In this document: positions 9,794 to 17,723 of the stretch, piece by piece
How the letters are laid out: every line of letters begins with the position of its first letter
How positions within the stretch are numbered: the stretch's first letter is position 1
Source of the DNA: Kiritimatiellia bacterium
Lineage (GTDB): Bacteria > Verrucomicrobiota > Kiritimatiellia > RFP12 > UBA1067
DNA: 64,000 nt
Assembly (NCBI GenBank): GCA_045536845.1
Contig: JAZSOG010000052.1
Span: forward strand, 8,932-72,931
Reading direction: 5' to 3'
Notes under the pieces: generated by a model
The model's input: only the letters and a program-made list of their open reading frames with translations
Told to the model about the DNA's origin: nothing
Databases searched by the model: none
Position numbers and translations under genes: made by a program

Positions 9794-11866
9794 ATGAAGG
9801 ACACAGTGATGAAGGACTACGGCGAGGATGTCTTTTCCGAGAAGGCGATACGCGCCTTCCTGCCAAAGACCGTCGCGGCCAAGCTGCTTGCGACGATGCG
9901 TGACGGCAAGCCCCTTGATCCGTCCATCGCGGACGCGGTCGCCGCGGGCATGAAGGACTGGGCCGTCGGGAAGGGCGCGACCCACTTCACCCACTGGTTC
10001 CAGCCGCTCACCGGCGGCACGGCCGAGAAGCACGATGCCTTCCTCGAGCCGACCGGCCCCGCGCAGGCGGTGCAGCGTTTCTCCGGCAAGAACCTGATCG
10101 GCGGCGAGGCGGACGCGAGTTCGTTCCCCTCGGGCGGCCTCAGGTCGACTTTCGAGGCGCGCGGCTACACGGCGTGGGATCCGACTTCCCCTGCGTTCGT
10201 GAAGCGCCACGAGAACGGCGCGACCTTGTGCATACCGACGGCGTTCTGCTCGTTCACTGGCGACACGCTCGACATGAAGACCCCGCTTCTCCGCTCGCTC
10301 CAGGCGCTCACCCGCGCGATGGAGCGGCTGATGGCGAAGTTCTCTCAGCCGAAGGCGCACGTCGAAGTCACGCTCGGCGCCGAGCAAGAGTATTTCCTTG
10401 TCGACAGGCGCTTTTACATGAGGCGCCCCGACCTTCTGCAGACGGGCCGCACGGTGTTCGGCGCTGCGCCCGCGAAGCACCAGCAGCTTGACGACCATTA
10501 CTTCGGCGCGATCAAGCCGCGCGTCCTGAAGTTCATGACTGAGGTCGAGCAGCGCCTTTGGCAGCTCGGAATCCCCGCGAAGACGCGCCACAACGAAGTC
10601 GCGCCCGCGCAGTTCGAGCTCGCGCCGATGTACGAGGATCTTAACCTCGCCGTCGACCACAACATGCTCATCATGGAAGTTCTCCGCCAGACGGCCGAGA
10701 GCAACGGGCTTGTGTGCCTTCTCCACGAGAAGCCATTCAAGGGCGTCAACGGATCTGGCAAGCACTGCAACTGGTCGGTCGCCTATGGCGGGCGCAATCT
10801 CCTTACGCCTGGCGCGAACCCGCGCGAGAATGCGATCTTCCTCACGGTGCTCCTCGCCGTCATCCGCGCGATCGACAAGCATGCCGACATTCTCCGCATG
10901 TCCACCGCCGGCGCTGGCAACGACCACCGTCTCGGCGCGAACGAGGCGCCGCCTGCGATTATCTCGATCTTCCTCGGCGACGAGCTGAACGCCGTCCTCG
11001 ACTCGATAGAGAGTGGAACGCGGCAAATGCGCCGCGGCGGAAAGGGCGGGAAGCTCCGTGTCGGAGTCGATACGCTCCCTGCACTCCCCAAGGACACGAC
11101 CGACCGCAATCGCACTTCGCCGTTTGCGTTCACCGGCAACAAGTTCGAGTTCCGCGCTCCCGGTTCGTCGCAGAACTGCGCGCAGAGCCAGATGGTTCTG
11201 AACACCATCGTCGCAGAGTCGATAGACGCGATCTGCGACAAGCTCGAGGCGATGAAGGGCGACTTCAACGAGAATCTCCAGAAGCTCCTGCAGCGTCTCG
11301 TCAAGGCGCACAGGCGCGTCGTGTTCTCGGGTGACGGCTATTCCGCCGCGTGGCCGAAGGAGGCCGCGAAGAGAGGGCTTCCCAACCTGCGCGACACGAT
11401 GGCTGCGCTTGCGCCGCTTAAGGATCCGCTCAACGTCGCCCTCTTCGAGAAGTACGGCGTTCTCTCGAAAAGCGAGATGCTCTCCCGCTGGGAGATCGGC
11501 ATGGAAGACTACCACCGCCGCATCCGCATCGAGGCGTCGATTTCGCTCGAGATCGCGCGTTCGATGATACGCCCCGTCGTCGCGGACGAGTTCTCTCGCC
11601 TTGCAACGGCGCTCGGCCAGGCCAAGGCCGACGGACTCAAGTACGGCATGCGCGGTCTTACTGCGCTTTCGTCCAAGCTTGGCGCCGGCCTCGACGATTT
11701 GCACGTCAAGTGCGACCGTCTCGAGAAGGCCCTTGCCCGCAAGCGCCACGAGTCGCAGATCGTCGCGATGAACGACCTCCGCCGCACCGTCGACCGTCTC
11801 GAAAGTCTCGTCGACGACTCGCGCTGGCCGCTTCCGAAATACCGCGAGATCCTCTTCGTCCACTGA
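9794..11866 (+). CDS. glnA: Glutamine synthetase type III
   Basis: THFTHWFQPLTG, GEADASSFPSGG, HNEVAPAQFE, HEKPFKGVNGSGKH, DRNRTSPFAFTGNKFEFR; alternative start at 9809. Confidence 0.95.
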   Translation: MKDTVMKDYGEDVFSEKAIRAFLPKTVAAKLLATMRDGKPLDPSIADAVAAGMKDWAVGKGATHFTHWFQPLTGGTAEKHDAFLEPTGPAQAVQRFSGKNLIGGEADASSFPSGGLRSTFEARGYTAWDPTSPAFVKRHENGATLCIPTAFCSFTGDTLDMKTPLLRSLQALTRAMERLMAKFSQPKAHVEVTLGAEQEYFLVDRRFYMRRPDLLQTGRTVFGAAPAKHQQLDDHYFGAIKPRVLKFMTEVEQRLWQLGIPAKTRHNEVAPAQFELAPMYEDLNLAVDHNMLIMEVLRQTAESNGLVCLLHEKPFKGVNGSGKHCNWSVAYGGRNLLTPGANPRENAIFLTVLLAVIRAIDKHADILRMSTAGAGNDHRLGANEAPPAIISIFLGDELNAVLDSIESGTRQMRRGGKGGKLRVGVDTLPALPKDTTDRNRTSPFAFTGNKFEFRAPGSSQNCAQSQMVLNTIVAESIDAICDKLEAMKGDFNENLQKLLQRLVKAHRRVVFSGDGYSAAWPKEAAKRGLPNLRDTMAALAPLKDPLNVALFEKYGVLSKSEMLSRWEIGMEDYHRRIRIEASISLEIARSMIRPVVADEFSRLATALGQAKADGLKYGMRGLTALSSKLGAGLDDLHVKCDRLEKALARKRHESQIVAMNDLRRTVDRLESLVDDSRWPLPKYREILFVH

Positions 11867-11896
11867 CGCCTCGCGTCTCCGCCCGCCTGTCTCCCC

Positions 11897-12787
11897 ATGA
11901 GAAGCGCGTATGGATTTGATTCGAGGGTCTACCTCCTGGACGTGACCGACCGGTGCCCGAACCGGCGGACGATGCAGGAGCTCGTTGACGTGCTCGCGCG
12001 CTTCGGCTACAACGAATTCTACCTTTACGATACGGCGAAGGAGCGGGAAGTGCCACTTGAGACGGCGAAGACTGAGGCCTACTGCCGTATGCAGGGAATC
12101 GGCTTCAAGGTCGTGGGCGAGGACTTTCGCCGCGAAATCGAGGCGGACGCGAAGACAGTAGTCGCGCCGACGTTTGCCGCGCGCTCGCTCTGCGGGCGCA
12201 TCGAGGAGATGCGCGAGGCAATGGAGCGCGCCGAGGCTGCGGGCTCCGAGCGAAAGGCGACGCGCTTCGTCGTGACGGACTTCTCCGACGGCTATGCGTG
12301 GCATCCGCTCTGCGTGTCGCTTCCCGCGATAATCCTCGCCGGGAACTTCATGACCGCGGGTCGCGTCGCGGCAAAGATGGACTTGGAGAAAGACCTCTGC
12401 TCGGTGATGGATCTTCCTGTTGGCGGGCTTCTCCAGAAACTTGGTACGCTCTACCTCCGTGGCGGCGCCGTGAAGCCAGACTCCTCCGAGTATTTCAACA
12501 TACTCGCTGGCGACGTCGGCTACTCGCGCCACCCGGGGCTTACGCAGTTCGTGCTCGACGACGTCTCGGCAGTCGCGCGCGGCGTGCGGATTGCGCTTGA
12601 GCGCTGGCTTGACCGAAGCGACTGGGCGAAGGAGATTTCCTATGCGGCGCTCCTGCTCGAATGTTCGTGCCATAGGCGCGACGAGCGGCGACTGCGCGAG
12701 CTCCGCGACCTCCACGGACACGTCTGGCGCATGCGCTTTGAGCCCGAAGGCAGGGTCGAATCTCTCGCAAAGCTGCCCAGATTCTGA
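11897..12787 (+). CDS. GH20-related protein lacking the central catalytic region
   Basis: N-terminal YLLDVTDRCP..LVDVLARFGYNEFYLY and later FVVTDFSDGYAWHP resemble the two ends of a GH20 barrel; only 296 aa. Confidence 0.55.
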   Translation: MRSAYGFDSRVYLLDVTDRCPNRRTMQELVDVLARFGYNEFYLYDTAKEREVPLETAKTEAYCRMQGIGFKVVGEDFRREIEADAKTVVAPTFAARSLCGRIEEMREAMERAEAAGSERKATRFVVTDFSDGYAWHPLCVSLPAIILAGNFMTAGRVAAKMDLEKDLCSVMDLPVGGLLQKLGTLYLRGGAVKPDSSEYFNILAGDVGYSRHPGLTQFVLDDVSAVARGVRIALERWLDRSDWAKEISYAALLLECSCHRRDERRLRELRDLHGHVWRMRFEPEGRVESLAKLPRF

Positions 12788-12934
12788 AAAAGCCGCTTGT
12801 CCGCGCTCCAACCGTATCCCGCCATCTCCCAATAACCCATCGCCAAGCTGCTGGCAATGCTGCCATGAGCGCTGCGGGTTTCGGCGTGGATGAACTTTGC
12901 GAACGCGGCGTTGGACCCGTAGAGATGGGTGACC

Positions 12935-13561
12935 CTACTGCTGCACCAGGAGACCGTCGCGAAGGGCGATGGCCACGGCCTCCGAGCGGGTTGATACGCC
13001 GAGGCGGTGGAAGATGAGCTTCATGTGGTCCTTGACACTGTTGGGGCTTATGCCGAGGACGCTTGCGATGTCCTGGTTCGAGAACCCGCGCGAGGCGAGG
13101 CGCAGGACCTCTATTTGACGCGCGGTGAGCTCCGGGGCGAGCCGGCTAAGGGCGATGTCTTTTTCCATCGACCTTGGGATGACCTTTCCGCCGGCGGCTA
13201 TCTTCCTTATCGCCGCGACGATTTCGTCCTGCGATGAGGTCTTCGAGACGGCTCCTCGAGCGCCCGCGCGTATCGCAGAGCCGAGATCTGCCGAAGTGAT
13301 GAAGGAGGTGAGAGTCAGGATTCCGGTCGCGGGATGGTCTTTCAGGATCGCCGATGTAGCCTTTGCGCCGTCCATGCGTGGCATCATGAGGTCCATCACC
13401 ACGACGTCGGGCCTGAGTTCGGTGGCCAGCCTTACGGCGTCCTCGCCGTTGCCGGCTTCGCCCACGACCGTCATGTCGTTTTCGAACGAAATCGCCGACG
13501 CGATGCCCATCCTCACGATGATGTGGTCGTCGGCCAGGAGAATTCTGATCTTCCCCGACAT
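12935..13561 (-). CDS. NarL/LuxR-family response regulator
   Basis: LADDH, VVMDLMMP receiver; LTARQIEVL..SNQDIA..HMKLIFHRLGV HTH. Confidence 0.95.
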   Translation of the reverse strand: MSGKIRILLADDHIIVRMGIASAISFENDMTVVGEAGNGEDAVRLATELRPDVVVMDLMMPRMDGAKATSAILKDHPATGILTLTSFITSADLGSAIRAGARGAVSKTSSQDEIVAAIRKIAAGGKVIPRSMEKDIALSRLAPELTARQIEVLRLASRGFSNQDIASVLGISPNSVKDHMKLIFHRLGVSTRSEAVAIALRDGLLVQQ

Positions 13562-13564
13562 TTT

Positions 13565-15652
13565 TCAGTCCTCCCTCGTCATCTTCATTGTCACCGTCAC
13601 TTTCGCTCCGCATCCCGGGGCGCTCGACACGTCGACCGCTCCGTCGAAGTCGTCGAGCCGCTCGCGAATCCCCTGAAGGCCGAAGTGGCCTTGAAACGGC
13701 CCCGGTGCCGCCGCGGGATCGAATCCTGTTCCGTCGTCCTTCACCGAGAACCGCAAGCTCTCTCCCTGGCGCTCGCCTGCGATTCTCACATGCTTCGCCC
13801 CGCCGTGGCGGATGGCGTTCACGACAAGCTCGCGGATGATCTTGAGGATGACGTGGACGGCGGTATCGGAGAGCGTTTCGCGCGGCACGTTGAATCGCAC
13901 CGAGACCTCGGCGTTTTCCGAAAGCGGCGAGACCGTGCGGCGGATCGCCTCGGAAAGGTCCTTCTCCTCGAACGTGCGGTTCCTGAGGTCGAGGAGGCAG
14001 CTCTGGAGTTCGCGTCGGCACGAGCCGAGCATCTGCCGCGCGAGTCCGAGAAACCGTGCGACGGACGTGCTCTCGGGCGGGTTGGCGCGCTCGGCCGAGT
14101 CGAGCTGCAGCGCGATGCCCGTAAGCGACTGCGAGATGGAGTCGTGGAGCTCCACGGCGAGGTGTGTGCGGACCTCCACCTTGACTTCTGATTCCTTGTG
14201 CGCGGCCATTTCCCTGAAGAGCGCCTCGGCCTGTCTGCGGGCGCGTTCCACAAGAGTCTTGTTCCACAGCATTGCGCCGACGAGAAAAGCCGAAAGCAAC
14301 GCAATCATGGCAACGAGGCGTGCAGGCGTCCACCACGGCCTGTGCGCGACGACGCGTATGTCGTCCGCCGTGCGCGGCAGGATAAGCGTTCGGCGAAAGA
14401 CGGGCTGTGCCGACAAGTCGTCTGGATTGTCCAGCTCGACGATGCACACGCCCGTGGCGGAGACGCGGCAGCCGTCTTCAATGTCCTTGTAGTCTTCCTC
14501 GGCGATTTCCGAAACCTGCACCTCGATTGTCATGTCGCCCTCTCTGATGCGCATGACGCCGGTGACCGCAGACTCTCCCGTCGTCGTGACGACCGTGCCT
14601 TCGACGCGGATGAGCTTGCCGTGCCATTTCTGGCTTACCTTCTTCATGCCCATGGAGGAGACAAAGAGGTCTTTGATCCTGACGTCATCCGCGCATTCGC
14701 CTTCAAGGTCTGCTTCGCCTTCGATACGGACGACTGCGCCGACAAGCTGGCGATTGGCACTTGCAAGGTTGGGGAACCCCGAGGCCGTGACGAGGTCACC
14801 TGGCTTTATGCCGCGATGCGGCTCGCAGAGGCCGATAGACATGAAGTTGTGCTCTTTCACCAGAGATGATTCCGCCTGGAGAAAAACCCATTTGTCCCCG
14901 ACGGCCCTCACTACGCCGCGAACGGTTTGCCGATGGCTGGGATCGCCATCTCCGAGGTGTGGCGCGGCAAACGGGTCGCCGGCCTTGCGCACAATCCCGA
15001 TGCCGTTTGTACCGAATGGCGCAATGTATCTTTTCGAGAATACGGAGAAAGACTGGCAGAAAGATCCGCGTAACAGTACTTCGGCGTCAACAAGCCCAGT
15101 CAGCGAGTCCAAAGGATATTCATCTTCTGTAACTGCGACAGGAATGGAATGTGGTCCGCTGCGCAGCGTGAGCCAGTTCCATGTTGGATCAAGCGCGTCG
15201 CGTGTCACGGATGTCACAACGCCGCTTGCGAACGAAAACCTTTGGTTGTTGCAGAACGACGCAGTGAAGTCTTTCCAGTCGATTGGCGGCGTAGCCGGGA
15301 AGGGTCCGTTGCCGAGACGCTTGACTTTCTCCGCCATTATGCCTGATTTGTCGAGTTTGGGGTCGCGGACGACCGTGCCTGAGATTGCGATGATGTCGCC
15401 GTGCCGGACGTCAGATGCGGCAGACATGTCTGCCGCCGTTGCGACGTTTGTTCCGTCGGTGAATGTGAGTCTGCGTATTCCATCGGTGCGGAAGATGGAG
15501 ATAACCTGACCTGTCACCGTGAATCGCTCTTCATGGGCAAGCGCGTGTGTAATTGTCCATTCAAGTTCCGCGATGGACTTGAAACGCACATCCCCATCTC
15601 CGTGCGCGAGCGCGGCGAGAGCCAGGACAGCAAGAAGAAGGGTGCGTTTCAT
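13565..15652 (-). CDS. Sensor histidine kinase (HisKA_3 type) with a large extracytoplasmic region
   Basis: ELHDSISQ H-box, ELVVNAIRHG, DDGTGF, GHFGLQGIRER; signal peptide MKRTLLLAVL; TGGTATAAT 7 nt upstream. Confidence 0.92.
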   Translation of the reverse strand: MKRTLLLAVLALAALAHGDGDVRFKSIAELEWTITHALAHEERFTVTGQVISIFRTDGIRRLTFTDGTNVATAADMSAASDVRHGDIIAISGTVVRDPKLDKSGIMAEKVKRLGNGPFPATPPIDWKDFTASFCNNQRFSFASGVVTSVTRDALDPTWNWLTLRSGPHSIPVAVTEDEYPLDSLTGLVDAEVLLRGSFCQSFSVFSKRYIAPFGTNGIGIVRKAGDPFAAPHLGDGDPSHRQTVRGVVRAVGDKWVFLQAESSLVKEHNFMSIGLCEPHRGIKPGDLVTASGFPNLASANRQLVGAVVRIEGEADLEGECADDVRIKDLFVSSMGMKKVSQKWHGKLIRVEGTVVTTTGESAVTGVMRIREGDMTIEVQVSEIAEEDYKDIEDGCRVSATGVCIVELDNPDDLSAQPVFRRTLILPRTADDIRVVAHRPWWTPARLVAMIALLSAFLVGAMLWNKTLVERARRQAEALFREMAAHKESEVKVEVRTHLAVELHDSISQSLTGIALQLDSAERANPPESTSVARFLGLARQMLGSCRRELQSCLLDLRNRTFEEKDLSEAIRRTVSPLSENAEVSVRFNVPRETLSDTAVHVILKIIRELVVNAIRHGGAKHVRIAGERQGESLRFSVKDDGTGFDPAAAPGPFQGHFGLQGIRERLDDFDGAVDVSSAPGCGAKVTVTMKMTRED

Positions 15653-15679
15653 ATTTGTGATTATACCATAAATACCGCG

Positions 15680-15732
15680 CCCGCCCCCAACCACCCAAAC
15701 GGGTGGTTTGCGGTTTCGCGGAAGATTGGTAA
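15680..15732 (+). repeat. 53-bp direct repeat copy 1 with AACCACCC-AAAC-GGGTGGTT hairpin
   Basis: 50/53 identical to 17300-17352. Confidence 0.9.
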
Positions 15733-15946
15733 TAAACAGTGTGGCTATCATGAGTGAAGCGTCACTTCCTACACCACACGCGACGCGAAGGAGATCGCCA
15801 AGCTGCAGGCAATGGTGGTGGTTGACGGCAAAAAGTCTATATGATATAATGCTCTTGTAACTTGACTTTCTGAAAATGGCTTGATTTTAGAATCTCTACA
15901 TTCTAATTTTACCTTATTTTCAGAACATGAAGAATCGAGGTGTGTG

Positions 15947-17158
15947 ATGACAGCAGAAGAAATAGAGCCGATTTTTCGGACAAGTAATCGTCTAATTCGT
16001 GAAACAGATTGCGGATTCCATAGATATTTGTCGAAAGAAATAGACTGGAATGAGCCGTTTGTCTGCATTATGGGCGCTCGCGGGGCGGGTAAGACGACCT
16101 TGATGCTTCAGCATATAAAGGAGACTTTTGGAGAAGGAAGCGACAAGGCCATTTACATGAGTCTTGACAGCCTGTGGTTTTCCAACAATAGTGTGCTGGA
16201 GTCGGTAGAATACCTTTACAGCCACGGCTTTACGCATGTGTTTCTTGATGAAGTCCACCATGTCGGAAAGGATTGGTCTCTTCTTCTCAAGAATCTTTCA
16301 GATCAGTTTCCATCCATGTCCTTCGCCTACAGCGGTTCTTCTTTGCTGAAGCTGGACAAGGGCAGGGGGGATTTGTCGCGGAGGCAGTCGATATACAGAT
16401 TGCGCGGCCTTTCATTTCGCGAGTATCTTGAGTTCGAAGGCGTCGGACGGTATGAACCGCTCGAATTGGGTCAGATAGTGAAGGATCACATTTCGCTGGC
16501 ATCCCGCATTTGCTCGGACATCAAGATTCTGCCGTATTTTGACAAATATCGTCGATGCGGATTCTACCCTTTCTACAAGCGTTCGCCGACGCATTATCTT
16601 GATCAGCTGCTTGAAACCGTCCACAAGGTTCTGGACGTTGATTATCCGGGAATAGAGGAAGTTTCGCAGGATACCATCAGAAAGGCGAAGAAGATGTTGA
16701 TGATTCTATCGTCATCCTGTCCGCAGACGCCGAACATGTCCGCCCTTTATCGGGAACTGGGAACGGAGCGGGCGCAGGGGCTCAAGATGCTTTCCGCGCT
16801 TGAACGCGCCGGACTTCTTGCGCTTCTCCCGCCGAAAGGCGAGACGCTGAAGAACATGTCCAAGCCGGAGAAGATATACTGTGACAACACGAATCTGATG
16901 TATGCGCTTGTGCAGAATGCGAACATCGGCACATTGCGCGAGACGTTCTTTTGCAACCAGGTCAGGAACGACCACGCCGTCGTGTTCACGGAGCGTGGTG
17001 ATTTTCTTGTTGACGGCAAATGGACGTTCGAGGTCGGCGGGAAAGGCAAGGGGTTTGACCAGATCAAGAACTTGCCCGACAGCTATGTCGTCAACGATGA
17101 CGTCGAAGTGGGCTTCGGCAACAAGATCCCGCTTTGGCTGTTTGGTTTTCTGTATTGA
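15947..17158 (+). CDS. AAA_14 / DUF4143-type ATP-binding protein
   Basis: GARGAGKT, FLDEVH, YSGSS, KIYCDNTNL, RETFFCNQ, FEVGGKGK, KIPLWLFGFLY; GAGG upstream of ATG 15947. Confidence 0.9.
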   Translation: MTAEEIEPIFRTSNRLIRETDCGFHRYLSKEIDWNEPFVCIMGARGAGKTTLMLQHIKETFGEGSDKAIYMSLDSLWFSNNSVLESVEYLYSHGFTHVFLDEVHHVGKDWSLLLKNLSDQFPSMSFAYSGSSLLKLDKGRGDLSRRQSIYRLRGLSFREYLEFEGVGRYEPLELGQIVKDHISLASRICSDIKILPYFDKYRRCGFYPFYKRSPTHYLDQLLETVHKVLDVDYPGIEEVSQDTIRKAKKMLMILSSSCPQTPNMSALYRELGTERAQGLKMLSALERAGLLALLPPKGETLKNMSKPEKIYCDNTNLMYALVQNANIGTLRETFFCNQVRNDHAVVFTERGDFLVDGKWTFEVGGKGKGFDQIKNLPDSYVVNDDVEVGFGNKIPLWLFGFLY

Positions 17159-17299
17159 GCGACTGGCCATGCCGGCCGCCATTGCTTCTCGCGGCATATA
17201 GACAAACTCGCAGACTGATGGCGGTTTAAACCGAAAAATCGGCAGGAGTGTTTGTATGCCAGTCGCTGCAACACTATGGGGTCAGCTCTTATAAGCCCT

Positions 17300-17352
17300 C
17301 CCGCCCCCAACCACCCAAACGGGTGGTTCGCTGTTTCGCGGAACATTGGTAA
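17300..17352 (+). repeat. 53-bp direct repeat copy 2; resembles an IS200/IS605-type end hairpin
   Basis: Same hairpin as copy 1, here preceded by GCTCTTATAAGC. Confidence 0.85.
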
Positions 17353-17427
17353 ACTTCTTGGTGACAGTTGCGGGTGGAGTGTCCCTTCGCTTCGTGATTT
17401 CGCAGATTTTAAAACGAGGAGCAGACA

Positions 17428-17652
17428 ATGAAAACAACAGTGCTCGGAGGATTCAGCGGTGGCCGAAAAGCGCTGTCCTGTGGCGTTGCGGCCGCAGGTG
17501 TTTTTGCGCTTGGTGCTGCGTTGCGTGTTTGTGCGGATGTGGCTGTGGTGAATGAGGCGCCTTCCATCGACGGGAGACTGGACGATGCGTGTTGGAAGGA
17601 ACTGCCGTTCCACGACGATTTCAAGGAGGCGAGTCGCATGCGGGTAGTGTAG
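17428..17652 (+). pseudogene. Truncated N-terminus of a CBM9/DOMON-like sugar-binding protein
   Basis: Signal peptide plus APSIDGRLDDACWK matches PPVIDGRLDDPCWK of the protein at 21762; stops after 74 aa. Confidence 0.7.
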
Positions 17653-17723
17653 CAAATTTGAGGTTTTATCGGGATACCCCGTTTTGAGGGGATTGTCTTG
17701 CCGTTCACGTTAAGATATACTAT

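Noticed and set aside
9623-12832. 1069-aa ORF antisense to glnA, and other long shadow ORFs (486-1742, 6368-8017, 26470-28023, 30646-32244, 42490-44004)
   Set aside because: They lie opposite well-supported genes in high-GC DNA where stops are rare, and carry no recognisable motifs
12790-12934. Minus-strand stretch reading VTHLYGSNAAFAKFIHAE..GYWEMAGYGW that looks protein-like
   Set aside because: No start or RBS, no family recognised and too short to support; possibly a gene remnant
15680-17352. Possible two-repeat CRISPR array
   Set aside because: Only two copies, 53 bp long, separated by a 1.5-kb gene; no cas genes
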